The position numbers and the translations under genes are program-made. From IMG/VR virus record IMGVR_UViG_3300032269_000669, positions 1 to 35,080 of that record: a DNA stretch of 35,080 nucleotides. One strand, written 5' to 3'. The DNA is from a virus (taxonomy: Duplodnaviria; Caudoviricetes). Each line of letters starts with the position of its first letter. Within the stretch, counting starts at the first letter, position 1. Shown one piece after another: positions 13,263 to 22,808 of this stretch. Under the pieces are notes generated by a model, which ran no database searches, was not told the origin of the DNA, and was given only the letters and a program-made list of their open reading frames with translations.

Positions 13263-15296
13263 TTATTGGTTATCTTTAATTAACTTCACTTCGCAAGCGT
13301 CAGTAGTGCAATAAGCTTCCCCAACAGCATCGGCGGCCATACCTGCGTACACACCAGCAAAGTCGATTGGGAAGAGAGACATACGCGCTTCCTCATACTC
13401 CTCAGCAGTAATTTGTGTGTAAGGCATTTGTGGATAGACCATGTTGCCACTTGGTAGGAAAGAGACAGTTTTTAATTGTCCGTCATACATGTGTAGCACC
13501 TTGTCGATAGCCTTAGATTCCGTTTCAGGGTCAAAAGAGATAGTTACAGAAACAGAGTTATCAGACCAATAGCGTTGCGCTTGTGCTGCGAGTGCCATTT
13601 TCTCGTAGATAGAGACTTCTTTCTCCGAGCGAATTGCATTAGATTCCACAGGAAAGAACACAACTGAAGTCGTATCTGGTGACTCTGAAGCGGGCTCTAC
13701 ACGATACTGCGCCATTCTAAAGAGAGGTAGCATCGGGTCTGTATTAGAAAAGCGGATTGCACGTAGGAAGTACTTACCGCCAACAGGCCAGTGCACTCCA
13801 GGTGACTCACCAGCTAGGATAGATACAGTTCCAGATGGTTTTACTGTAGTTGTTTTAATAGATTCGCGGATACCAAGCCACTCTGAGTAGCCCTTGTCGT
13901 ATCCCTGAATTACCTTGTAACCCTCATCCATCCATGTACGAAGTACGGGCAAGCCCTTGTTGTCAGCAAAGTTAGCAACACCAGAGATTGAAGTTCCAAT
14001 ACGACGGTTACGTTGCATAATTGCATTTGTCTCTTCCCAATGTGTAGGCAAGAGAGTGACAGTCTTAGCGTAGAGATAAGCAAACTTGAGAGTTCTCTTA
14101 AAGTCTTCCATAGATTCATGGCGGTTGAGGTAGGTCTCTACGAGAGTACAACACTCAAAGGATTCAAGAGACTGCTCAGCGCAAGGGTTGTAACCCATTA
14201 CACGCCAGTCCTTATTGTTCGGAGCGTCAGCCAAACGACCGTATTGACGAGAGACATCCATCCAAACAACCCCAGGTTCTCCGTTACGAGCAATACCATC
14301 TACGATTGCAGATAGGTCTTGACCAACAGATACTTCAACAGAGTTGTTAGACATCCAAGCCCAACCAGGTGACTTAGGGTCATAAGAGTTGCGGTCAGGG
14401 AAAGCCTCAGCGTTCTTAAGATTAAGGAAGTCAGCGTCATCAATACGACCCATAAGAAGTTCCGCGCTTCGGCGCACGTTGCCCGAAACTACGCAAACTC
14501 CAATTAGATTACCAAGGTCAGCAATATCTACACGGCTTAGTTTCTCACCAACGCGAGAGCCAAGTATGCGACGGATATGATTGTGAAGGCGCTCTAGCGG
14601 TTCGTGTCCCGCTGCGGTTCCACCAAAGGTTTTAATCGGAGTGCCTGAAGGTCGGATGAGCGAGTAGTCGAATACAGGGCACTTCGTATCTGCTTTAAGG
14701 TAGCTATTGATGAGGGTGGCAACGGATTCAACCCAGCCTTCTCGGGTGTCGGGGATGACATATGTGTCTCCAATTTCGCATGGGTAGATGGTGAAGTCTT
14801 TATCTGCACCCTTGTCGTCAAAGCCAACGCCTACTCCAAGCATGGATGCTTCCATGAGGAAAGCAAAAGGCTTGGCAGGGTCGTTCTTGGTCATAGAGTT
14901 CGTGGATACAAAAGCACAGTTCTGAAGAGCCGCTGAGTTGCGTTGCTCATTTACAAGATGTGTACCCATAACCCAAAGACCACGTCCAGGCGGAGTCCAC
15001 TTTAGATTCCACAGACGGTCAAAAGCTTCCTTAGCAGAAGCCGCGGCCTTAGAGTCAGACCAAGGTAAGCGGTTAAGCTTAGCGTGGTCTTTCTGCAAAG
15101 AATACATGCCGTTAATAACGCGCTCGCACACGTCAGTCCAAGTCTCTTTAGTGCCATCTTCTTTCAGACGAGAGTAAGTTCTTAGGAAAGTAATCTCCCC
15201 CACGGAGTTGCCTGCCGCATCTTGGTAGCCCCAAGGCACCTTCTTCTCCTTGTAACCTGCTACAAAGTCGTCCGCTAGACGAAATGACAAAGCCAT
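13263..15296 (-). CDS. nrdJ: class II (adenosylcobalamin-dependent) ribonucleoside-triphosphate reductase, monomeric type
   Basis: FLRTYSR; PPGRGLW; LQNCAF; GVGVGFD; GNVRRSAE; YNPCAEQ; RRIG; TTVKPSGTVS; C-terminal CTTDAC. Confidence 0.95.
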   Translation of the reverse strand: MALSFRLADDFVAGYKEKKVPWGYQDAAGNSVGEITFLRTYSRLKEDGTKETWTDVCERVINGMYSLQKDHAKLNRLPWSDSKAAASAKEAFDRLWNLKWTPPGRGLWVMGTHLVNEQRNSAALQNCAFVSTNSMTKNDPAKPFAFLMEASMLGVGVGFDDKGADKDFTIYPCEIGDTYVIPDTREGWVESVATLINSYLKADTKCPVFDYSLIRPSGTPIKTFGGTAAGHEPLERLHNHIRRILGSRVGEKLSRVDIADLGNLIGVCVVSGNVRRSAELLMGRIDDADFLNLKNAEAFPDRNSYDPKSPGWAWMSNNSVEVSVGQDLSAIVDGIARNGEPGVVWMDVSRQYGRLADAPNNKDWRVMGYNPCAEQSLESFECCTLVETYLNRHESMEDFKRTLKFAYLYAKTVTLLPTHWEETNAIMQRNRRIGTSISGVANFADNKGLPVLRTWMDEGYKVIQGYDKGYSEWLGIRESIKTTTVKPSGTVSILAGESPGVHWPVGGKYFLRAIRFSNTDPMLPLFRMAQYRVEPASESPDTTSVVFFPVESNAIRSEKEVSIYEKMALAAQAQRYWSDNSVSVTISFDPETESKAIDKVLHMYDGQLKTVSFLPSGNMVYPQMPYTQITAEEYEEARMSLFPIDFAGVYAGMAADAVGEAYCTTDACEVKLIKDNQ

Positions 15297-15385
15297 ACTT
15301 ACCCCGTTCCTTAGTTTGAGAATTGATAGTTTAGTTGCTTAGTTTCTTTAGTTCACCGAGTACGCAATTCCATACCCTGCTATGG

Positions 15386-15403
15386 CTCTTATCATGATAA
15401 GAG
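15386..15403. promoter_or_regulatory. perfect 18-bp palindrome upstream of nrdJ (candidate operator)
   Basis: CTCTTATCATGATAAGAG; an 18-nt overlapping core recurs at 16035-16052. Confidence 0.55.
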
Positions 15404-16867
15404 TTAAGGCTTATCTTCTATGATTTCCTTAATAACTTCCGTGGTTTGCATTTCGTTAAGACCCCCTTCAGGTAACTCCCGAAGCACATTTGCTCGGTCT
15501 CCGAAGATAGAACTTAGCACACCTGCCGAACCTTGGCGCTCCACAGTCATGCGAATAAACTCACGTGAGTCATCCAGTTCTTTGATGGTTTTAATCAATT
15601 TGAAAAGGCGGTCAATCTCCTGAGAAACGTTAGGGTCAGCGTATCCACCACTCATTTCTTCAGCAAAACGCATAAAAGCAACGCGTTGTCCCTGCATTTC
15701 TACTATTGCATTGAGTAGTGACTTCAGTTGGTCTTTAGTCTTTACTTCAATAGGAAGGTTAAAAGCACATAGGTTATCGGGCTTAAACGCGGGGCAGTTA
15801 GCAGCTACAAAACAAGTGTTGCAGTTACGAATACTGCTTGCTTTGGACTTAACAATAGGTACGTCTTTGATGGTTCCATCGTCATCAATTTCGGTTTTTA
15901 ATTCGTATCCAAATACAGGTAAGTTGCCTATTTCTGATGGGTCGCGGGGCATAAACTTCCGCACCTGAGGGGCCTTATTATCAGGTACAGCAAGGGGTGT
16001 TTCCCCACTTTGTTCCACTTCACTCCACTTGCTATTATCATGATAAGAGTTATCGTCACTCATGCCATTTACCTTTCTTTCGTACTGGTTGTACGACCAA
16101 ACTGCCAAACGACATACCTCTTGGTCATCATCTTCTAAAATCAAATCTATGTCTAATCCAGCTTTGATATAAACGTTGCGGTATCGGGCGCGAGCCTGCT
16201 CCTTCATCCTCTTGGGGTAACGCTTAATCTGCATCCCATCCCAAACAATGGTTTCACCGTTAAGCATAGGGCTAAGCCACGCTAGGGTGCTAGCGGTCTC
16301 TGCTGATACCTGCCGCAAGTTATCTGGGCGGGCTGACCCTAGCACATGGAATCTGGTTCCTTGTGTACGAGACAGGGTTCTAGTGACCATAGAAAGCTGG
16401 GTGTTGTCCTCTAAGGACTCACCTGGCAATCCTATATCTAAGTAGTGCTCGGACATCTCAGTAAGGCTTGCAAGGCCAGCTTCAGGGTTCCAGATAGGCA
16501 AGAACTTACCTGGTGGGACCTCTGACCAACAAGTCTTGCGCTGTTCCAAAACAAACGCCTGGCTGGTGTACCTGGCTTCAATCTCTGTAAATGAGGCTAT
16601 GCGGTCAATGTTGTTAGCAATAAACTCCTCATACATAGCGGCAAACGCTTCCATATCCAATGACCCAGCTTCAAGCTCTTTAGGCAAGCCTGGGTAGGCA
16701 TAGATGGTGAAGTCATCCTTAAAGTAGTTTTCTAATAGATAAGGTCCACGCTTGGGCAAACCCCTCTTGAAAAGTCGATAAAAGCTAACACCAACGTGCC
16801 TGGCTGAAGTACTTTCTAATAAAGTACGATTGCTAGGAACCTCAGCACCCAGATAAATGAGCTGCAT
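15404..16867 (-). CDS. TGT/DpdA-like TIM-barrel domain fused to a Cys-cluster/helical C-terminal domain
   Basis: RFHVLG...ETASTLAW..PMLNG resembles the H.LG..DS..W..G end of transglycosylase-like barrels; CNTC-x5-CP-x7-C cluster. Confidence 0.55.
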   Translation of the reverse strand: MQLIYLGAEVPSNRTLLESTSARHVGVSFYRLFKRGLPKRGPYLLENYFKDDFTIYAYPGLPKELEAGSLDMEAFAAMYEEFIANNIDRIASFTEIEARYTSQAFVLEQRKTCWSEVPPGKFLPIWNPEAGLASLTEMSEHYLDIGLPGESLEDNTQLSMVTRTLSRTQGTRFHVLGSARPDNLRQVSAETASTLAWLSPMLNGETIVWDGMQIKRYPKRMKEQARARYRNVYIKAGLDIDLILEDDDQEVCRLAVWSYNQYERKVNGMSDDNSYHDNSKWSEVEQSGETPLAVPDNKAPQVRKFMPRDPSEIGNLPVFGYELKTEIDDDGTIKDVPIVKSKASSIRNCNTCFVAANCPAFKPDNLCAFNLPIEVKTKDQLKSLLNAIVEMQGQRVAFMRFAEEMSGGYADPNVSQEIDRLFKLIKTIKELDDSREFIRMTVERQGSAGVLSSIFGDRANVLRELPEGGLNEMQTTEVIKEIIEDKP

Positions 16868-16869
16868 AG

Positions 16870-17337
16870 CTACTCTTTTACCCGTGGGTCTTCTACGAAC
16901 GCTTCTTGCTGCTTTACTATCTCATCAACAATAGCTGACCAGCTCTTAACGCCAACTTTGCTGTCAGGTCTAAAGTCTTCTTTAATATAAGAAGGCTGCA
17001 TAAATACCATTGTTGTCAATCCAGCCACAAGTAGCTTGCGGGCTAGCTCTGGGTCTGATGTAACTACCAGCTCAACCGCACCTTTGCCTAAGCAATACTC
17101 AACTTGACGAAACTCTTGGTTGTCCTCTGTCATGGCAGGGATGTCACGACCAATAAGGTCGTCTAACTTATTAATCTTATGTTGCTTTAACCAATTATCG
17201 TCTTTGTCTCTATCTGCGCACAGAAGAATAACTCTGTTGCCTTCATTAAATAAACGGTAAATGGCAATACCCTGATAAATAGGGCTACCCGTATGACTAC
17301 GAAGTACACCGTCTACAAACATTACTACTGTGGCCAC
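16870..17337 (-). CDS. HAD-superfamily-like protein (degenerate DxDG motif)
   Basis: VMFVDGVLR; VILLCADR; W-L-K-Q-H; resembles PNK-phosphatase-type HAD. Confidence 0.65.
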   Translation of the reverse strand: MATVVMFVDGVLRSHTGSPIYQGIAIYRLFNEGNRVILLCADRDKDDNWLKQHKINKLDDLIGRDIPAMTEDNQEFRQVEYCLGKGAVELVVTSDPELARKLLVAGLTTMVFMQPSYIKEDFRPDSKVGVKSWSAIVDEIVKQQEAFVEDPRVKE

Positions 17338-17359
17338 GATTTAGTTCTCCAACTACTTG

Positions 17360-17449
17360 TTAAATAAGCGGGTTATCTATTACCTCATCCATTGCATCAT
17401 CTATTGTGCGCGTGTGCTCTGCAGTGCAGTCACCACACCCTTTACACAT
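17360..17449 (-). CDS. tiny Cys-rich peptide (29 aa)
   Basis: MCKGCGDCTAEHTRTIDDAMDEVIDNPLI; TAATG coupling. Confidence 0.45.
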   Translation of the reverse strand: MCKGCGDCTAEHTRTIDDAMDEVIDNPLI

Positions 17450-18381
17450 TAGCGTTTACTTCCTAATGCTCTCCTAATCAAAGTGTTTGCATCTGGTAAT
17501 TCCATACCGTACGTTAAAGTCTCATAGTCTTTTCGGCTCTTGGTGGCAATGTCTTTTAGTTTACGTAATGCCTGAACCGTACCAGACTGTTTGCCCGCTT
17601 GCCAACGATAGTTAGCAATATCTGAATAACCTTGACCAGCGGGGCTAAATGCGGCTTTACGCCCTTCATGTATATCTTCAAATAAAGCAGCCCCTTGTTG
17701 AACTGCTAGTTGTAATGCAGATTCAGCATTGCGGCGAGCTGTATCGGTAGTCGCTGCTGATATATCACTTAATGCTTTTGAGTATCTAGATAAGATTTCT
17801 TCTGTAATAGAAAGGTCGCGGTCAGTTTTTAAGTCCCACTCTTTACGTACTGGCGGCTTTTTAACTTCAGGACTTACTGTCCAATCGTCTTCTGTTAATG
17901 AGTAAGCTGCATAGGGTTTAATAGTTTTAATGTCTGACCTAACATTTACATAAAAAGTTAGCTCGTACACACCAAGGAAGTTATTTGTGTTTGGATGCAA
18001 CTCTTCCCTAAAACCAGCATTCAACATATCCGCAATCTGCTGGTCGCTCAACGCTTTATATTGTTGATTAGACTGACGGAACCGCAGGTAGTTGATTCCA
18101 ATTAAACAATCAAGGTCCGCTGGGTTTCTTGCAGCGGTCCATTGATAGGAGATAGCTGAGCCTGCTAACCATACGTGGCACCAAACATCTGGGCTTGAGT
18201 ACTGGGTCTTTAAGTTTTCAAATAGGATACGCAGGATAGACGACCTGACGTGAGGAACAAGCTTATTGTCGCGGAATAGACGCGGGTCAAGTCCAACCCC
18301 TGGGTTGCTGAAGTAGGAAGACTCTGAAGGTTCTACCTGAACTGGGGTTGCTTGTGCAACTAGAGCTGAGTAGAAATCCAT
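17449..18381 (-). CDS. Pol-beta superfamily nucleotidyltransferase
   Basis: VWLAGSAISYQW...ADLDCLI (GS..DxD) and YELTFYV third acidic strand. Confidence 0.8.
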   Translation of the reverse strand: MDFYSALVAQATPVQVEPSESSYFSNPGVGLDPRLFRDNKLVPHVRSSILRILFENLKTQYSSPDVWCHVWLAGSAISYQWTAARNPADLDCLIGINYLRFRQSNQQYKALSDQQIADMLNAGFREELHPNTNNFLGVYELTFYVNVRSDIKTIKPYAAYSLTEDDWTVSPEVKKPPVRKEWDLKTDRDLSITEEILSRYSKALSDISAATTDTARRNAESALQLAVQQGAALFEDIHEGRKAAFSPAGQGYSDIANYRWQAGKQSGTVQALRKLKDIATKSRKDYETLTYGMELPDANTLIRRALGSKR

Positions 18382-18388
18382 TCAGTTA

Positions 18389-18592
18389 TTATAGTTCTTT
18401 TTCGCGCTCTTCCTTGTAGATAACATCAATACGCTGCATCTTTTCTTCTACATCCAGTTTTGGCTTTGTCATAAAACCACATGCGTTGTGAGCATTGACA
18501 AATGACTGCGCCCATACCATTAACAACGTATCGTTCTCGTCAAGGTCTGCTTGAAATGAAGCAGTGCAGTTGCAAGACATTTCGATGAACAT
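18389..18592 (-). CDS. small Cys/His protein
   Basis: 67 aa; CNC...HNAC. Confidence 0.65.
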   Translation of the reverse strand: MFIEMSCNCTASFQADLDENDTLLMVWAQSFVNAHNACGFMTKPKLDVEEKMQRIDVIYKEEREKEL

Positions 18593-18618
18593 GGAGGACC
18601 ACCTTCGTAGCTGTGTAG

Positions 18619-18894
18619 TTACAGTATATCGCGCTCTTCCAAGGCTTGTCGGATTGAACTGTTGGCTTCTTCAATCGAGTCTAGGGGGTTTTGGGCTAAT
18701 TGGTTGATAATTGACAAGGTTATGTCGTCACGACGGATAGAGTCCAGTATCTCCACACAGGCAGTTTTGATGTCTTGGCGGGTAGGCTGATTGTTTACCT
18801 CAATTGGCATGGTCAAATCGGTAAAAGCTGTATAAACACCATCTTCACCCTTTACCATAATAAAAGCTGTTTCTACTTTAAGTGGCTCACTCAT
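18619..18894 (-). CDS. hypothetical protein
   Basis: 91 aa; overlaps the upstream stop. Confidence 0.75.
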   Translation of the reverse strand: MSEPLKVETAFIMVKGEDGVYTAFTDLTMPIEVNNQPTRQDIKTACVEILDSIRRDDITLSIINQLAQNPLDSIEEANSSIRQALEERDIL

Positions 18895-19435
18895 ATAGTC
18901 CTCGTTCCTTGTATGCCTTTTGTTGGTTGTACATCTTTACTGGGCAAAAGTCACAAAGGAATACTTTAATAGTAGATTCGGCAAGGTTAGCCTCTCTACG
19001 TTCCTTTGCGGTATTTGGTTTTAAAAGCTTACGCTCTACTTTATAGTCAGAGCACTGACCTTTAGGACTATTGTGAACGCGCCAACAGCTCATAGCGTCT
19101 GATGAGAACGTGTCTTTGAGGTCATAGAAGTCTGAACCAAGACCTGCGGTTAATGGGTTTTCTTTACCCGTAAACTGCTCTTTAATCTGAGCCACAATGG
19201 ACTCTTTAACTTTTGGTGTCATCCAATACACAACGTTTACGTCTGTAAGAATGCCTTGGCACCCTTTGCGTTCGTGTGGCCCTGCTACATCGGCAAGGAA
19301 TGGGTTATCTGTTTGGTCATACTTACCTTCGCCAAGATATTTACCGCTCTTTGCATAAGGTATTTCTTCAATGGTCTTACAAGTCTTACAGACCAGAAGG
19401 AGTATAAACTCGGTTTCCATATTAGTTTCAGACAT
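18887..19435 (-). CDS. Cys-rich hypothetical protein
   Basis: CKTC; H..C; C..H....C; LCDFCP. Confidence 0.8.
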   Translation of the reverse strand: MSETNMETEFILLLVCKTCKTIEEIPYAKSGKYLGEGKYDQTDNPFLADVAGPHERKGCQGILTDVNVVYWMTPKVKESIVAQIKEQFTGKENPLTAGLGSDFYDLKDTFSSDAMSCWRVHNSPKGQCSDYKVERKLLKPNTAKERREANLAESTIKVFLCDFCPVKMYNQQKAYKERGLYE

Positions 19436-19454
19436 GGCTGAATACTAACATAGA

Positions 19455-19619
19455 TTATGCAGAACGTTTAGCGGCTCTACGAGCTGCTGCATTTGGCGAG
19501 TATCCGCCTGTGCCTTTCTTCTTGCTACCCTGAACTTTAGGGTTTTGCTTCCATGCTTTTCCGTTTGGACGGTCGCTATTACGCTCCCCGCTCTTTCGGC
19601 CGCCTTTACCCTTAGCCAT
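19455..19619 (-). CDS. very basic small protein (54 aa)
   Basis: MAKGKGGRKSGERNSDRPNGKAWKQNPKVQGSKKKGTGGYSPNAAARRAAKRSA; TAATG coupling; below the ORF-track cutoff. Confidence 0.7.
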   Translation of the reverse strand: MAKGKGGRKSGERNSDRPNGKAWKQNPKVQGSKKKGTGGYSPNAAARRAAKRSA

Positions 19620-19828
19620 TAATTGCTAGTTGGAACAACTTGCGCTGGGTCTTCTGAATTAATAAAACCATAGTTCATGTATGGGTGTAGACCTGCGCGG
19701 TTCTTAACAACAAGCTCATCGCCCATGCCTTCAGCAATAGTTGTATTAGGACGGCGCTTGCGGTACTTACCGTCTGTTGCTCCTTCACGAAGCATGTCGT
19801 TCTCTGAGTGGTGACGATTTACAGTCAT
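19619..19828 (-). CDS. hypothetical protein
   Basis: 69 aa; coupled to neighbours. Confidence 0.75.
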   Translation of the reverse strand: MTVNRHHSENDMLREGATDGKYRKRRPNTTIAEGMGDELVVKNRAGLHPYMNYGFINSEDPAQVVPTSN

Positions 19829-20061
19829 GCCATGCGGCCTTTCACTAATTTAACCTGCTTGCGACGCTTGCAAGAAGGGCAAAGCTCATCAGTACTATAC
19901 ATTGATTGTACTGGGTTCATTGTAATACCGCAGTCGGAACAGCCTTTAGAACCGTTATAAAGGGTTTGTGACAAGTCTTTTTGAGTGCGTAGCTTGACGT
20001 CTTCTGCGCCAGCCATGCCTTCACCTGTTGAATCAGTAAATAGACCTGGGTCGTTTTTCAT
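19825..20061 (-). CDS. zinc-finger protein
   Basis: CSDCG...LCPSC. Confidence 0.75.
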   Translation of the reverse strand: MKNDPGLFTDSTGEGMAGAEDVKLRTQKDLSQTLYNGSKGCSDCGITMNPVQSMYSTDELCPSCKRRKQVKLVKGRMA

Positions 20062-20438
20062 ACCTGTCCTAACGAGTTACGACTTGTTGATTGTGTGCTA
20101 TTAGGGGTCTGACTGAAATCAGACTCTACGCGTTGTTGGGTTAAAGCATTGCGCTTAAGCCCAATTATGTCCTCAATAGTTAATTCGTTCTCGGTATACC
20201 CATAGCGAGCTGGAAACATCTGAATCTGTGGAAGCGGTGGGCGAACATACTCTTGTAGTTCTGCGCCAGGCATAGTGTTAGCCGCTAGTGATTGGCTGAG
20301 GAGCCTCTCCTGATTACTCGCGAAGGGCCCAATGTATTCTTGCGGTGGCATAGCAGCTTCCAAAGGAGCCACCCACGGACGACGGTTATAAACTCCATCT
20401 GCGAACTTACCTCCTCCTTGTGCCATTGCTAATTCCAA
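20058..20438 (-). CDS. hypothetical protein
   Basis: Pro/Gln-rich; the true start may be a downstream ATG (MAQGGG). Confidence 0.75.
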   Translation of the reverse strand: MELAMAQGGGKFADGVYNRRPWVAPLEAAMPPQEYIGPFASNQERLLSQSLAANTMPGAELQEYVRPPLPQIQMFPARYGYTENELTIEDIIGLKRNALTQQRVESDFSQTPNSTQSTSRNSLGQV

Positions 20439-20959
20439 GCTGGACGAAGGCGTGACAGTTGTGCCTGACGACGCTTGTCCACTGACATTGGTGAATCGCT
20501 ACGCATATTAGCTTTACCATCATTTTGCAAATGTGGTGCAGGTACAAGCTTCGCGTCTTCAACATGTCGCTTTACCATAAGAATACCATCAACTTCTTTT
20601 GCTTTCATCTGACGGCGAATACCAGACATATTGTCTAGGCCTTCAGGGTAATAATAATCTTGCATATCAATACGCTCACCGCGGTGAACACCACGCTGGT
20701 ATGAACGCTGACCAACACGAATCTTAAGCTTGTCCATAACCTTATCGGACGTGCTTGATGGACGACCGCGGTCATCTCTACGTGAACGGATTGTGCCTAA
20801 GTACCCGTCTGGGTATTCAGCGGAAGGTTGTCGACCAACACCTAAACGAAGAAAATCAAGTTCGCTGCGTGCAACAGGAACACCACCACCACCGTAGTTA
20901 GTGTTCGTCCCATACATACCTGCTGCGCCCAGGTTTTGTACGTTTTGATGTGTAGCCAT
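20429..20959 (-). CDS. hypothetical protein
   Basis: 176 aa; Gly/Arg-rich; EYPDGYLGT motif. Confidence 0.8.
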   Translation of the reverse strand: MATHQNVQNLGAAGMYGTNTNYGGGGVPVARSELDFLRLGVGRQPSAEYPDGYLGTIRSRRDDRGRPSSTSDKVMDKLKIRVGQRSYQRGVHRGERIDMQDYYYPEGLDNMSGIRRQMKAKEVDGILMVKRHVEDAKLVPAPHLQNDGKANMRSDSPMSVDKRRQAQLSRLRPAWN

Positions 20960-20964
20960 AACGA

Positions 20965-22173
20965 CTATGGTACGCGGTGTTCACCTGATAGAACGGCTAA
21001 ATCGCGGCGTGGGTCGTACCCATCTCCAACTACTAATGAAACAATACCTGTTGGCGACTCTAATCCGCTCTTGTCACGGAACCAAGCACTACCGCCATCC
21101 ATAGCAGGTACTTGAATCCAAAGACGTGGGCCAATTTGGTCTGCGCGAAAATGATGGAAGTGACCTGTCATAAGAACGTCTGCAGAACCAACTGGTGTGC
21201 GACCTGTCGCTTGTCCTGAAATCCATTTGCCCATGTCTTTTGCTTGATGACCGTGCGCTAGCCCTAGCACCATTCCACCTAAATCAAGTGCAAGAGTTGC
21301 GTGGTCTGCTGGTGGATAACAGAACTTAACATGTGACAGCGCTGGGTTCTCCGCACAAGCGTCTTGCACAGCTGCTGCAACTTCAATCTGCCATGAGTCA
21401 ATTGGGTCTGTCATAACAATACGGTGGGGCTCATCGTGGTTACCTGGTACGACTGGGATGATTAGTTCTTCGCACAGAGGAGCAAACGCTTTAACCCATG
21501 CCATAAGTATTCGTCGTCCAAGACGTACTTGTTGCGTTACACCAAGGTCACTGCGGCCAAGAATCATTCCTTTTTGGGAGGCGCTGCCTTCAATACAATC
21601 ACCGAGCTGAGGGAGGACAACTGTTCCAATGCGTCTTCCAAGCTTGAGTAGTTCTTTGTGGCGTTCGACAGCTTCGTCAAGTCCTCTAAGGACTCTGTTA
21701 ACTGTTTCTTCAGTTCCTCCGCCTGCGTCTTTGCCGTATTGAGTGTCTCCGATAGCATAGATAGCAAAAAGAGGGCCTGAGACTGGTTGTATTGATTTTG
21801 GTTTGTAATTTGAAATCTCCTTGACTAGTGCGTCATAATCTAAATCTGAAACCGCTAGTTGACCTGCTGGTTTTACATTAACACGCGCTGCTTCTAGCCA
21901 CTCACCGTCATATCTTTGCCAACGGCTCTTTCTTACACTTACTACTTCCCAATCTTCTGGGTTTAAATCAAAGTCTTTAAATAAGTCTACCGCGTCGGGT
22001 AACTCTCCTGCTGTTCTAGGTGTTGATACAAAGTAACCGCCGTCATTACCTATATCTAGTTTTGCTCGCCAATCTTGTGGAACGTTACTGCGTTTTACTT
22101 CGTTCTCCATGCTATTTAAATCAGCATTAATCAATGCTTTAGCAAAGATGTTTAGTTTTTCGGACATGTGCAA
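20965..22173 (-). CDS. calcineurin-like metallophosphoesterase (Mre11/SbcD-like)
   Basis: GDTQ; LGDCIEG; PGNHDE; AHGH; TGHFHH. Confidence 0.88.
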   Translation of the reverse strand: MHMSEKLNIFAKALINADLNSMENEVKRSNVPQDWRAKLDIGNDGGYFVSTPRTAGELPDAVDLFKDFDLNPEDWEVVSVRKSRWQRYDGEWLEAARVNVKPAGQLAVSDLDYDALVKEISNYKPKSIQPVSGPLFAIYAIGDTQYGKDAGGGTEETVNRVLRGLDEAVERHKELLKLGRRIGTVVLPQLGDCIEGSASQKGMILGRSDLGVTQQVRLGRRILMAWVKAFAPLCEELIIPVVPGNHDEPHRIVMTDPIDSWQIEVAAAVQDACAENPALSHVKFCYPPADHATLALDLGGMVLGLAHGHQAKDMGKWISGQATGRTPVGSADVLMTGHFHHFRADQIGPRLWIQVPAMDGGSAWFRDKSGLESPTGIVSLVVGDGYDPRRDLAVLSGEHRVP

Positions 22174-22385
22174 TAACCCCTCATATGTGAGCGAAATGCA
22201 GTTAATTTAAATGGAAGTTCAATGGTTGACATTAAATCTGAATACAAATCAGCAACAACTACTTTAGTGCTGGCCTTCACGCTATCAAATCCTGTTTGTT
22301 CTTCTTCGCTTAAAGAACGAACCCATTGTTCTACAACGCAACCTTGGGGCACTGCCGCAAGGTGTTTATTGATAATGTCTAACAT
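22152..22385 (-). CDS. hypothetical protein (C...H...CxC)
   Basis: 77 aa; AAGGAG SD; ends RSHMRGYCTCP. Confidence 0.75.
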   Translation of the reverse strand: MLDIINKHLAAVPQGCVVEQWVRSLSEEEQTGFDSVKASTKVVVADLYSDLMSTIELPFKLTAFRSHMRGYCTCPKN

Positions 22386-22436
22386 TAGTTCTCCTTGATA
22401 CGTCGTGACGCAACAAGAAGACTATCACAGATGCAA

Positions 22437-22466
22437 CAAAAAAGCCCCTCCGTAGAGGGGCTAATT
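22437..22466 (-). terminator. intrinsic terminator
   Basis: minus strand AGCCCCTC-TACG-GAGGGGCT-TTTTTG. Confidence 0.85.
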
Positions 22467-22477
22467 CGTTTGACTGT

Positions 22478-22747
22478 TTATGCGTAGTCAGCAGTTCCAT
22501 CTGTGAAGTTACCAGAGGTGCGCTTTGTAGCTGCAGGCAAGATACGCCCGTTAGCTTGAGTTGCACCAGCTTCTGGTGCTACTGTCTTTTGGAACTTAAC
22601 ACGGATTCCGTAACGAGCGCCAATCTTATTGAGAACGTTCGCACGTGAAGGCTTTGCCATAGCAGTTGGGTCTCCAGCTGCAGTGTTGCCTTTCTTCATG
22701 AGCTTGCCAACTAGCGGCTTAGCTACACTTGCTTTATCTGATTTCAT
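22478..22747 (-). CDS. basic hypothetical protein
   Basis: 89 aa; K/A-rich; AAAGGA SD; followed by its own terminator. Confidence 0.8.
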   Translation of the reverse strand: MKSDKASVAKPLVGKLMKKGNTAAGDPTAMAKPSRANVLNKIGARYGIRVKFQKTVAPEAGATQANGRILPAATKRTSGNFTDGTADYA

Positions 22748-22808
22748 TTAGTTTCCTTTGGCCTAAGGGTTTAATTAAATATATGGTATTTACTATTTAA
22801 ATACAGTC

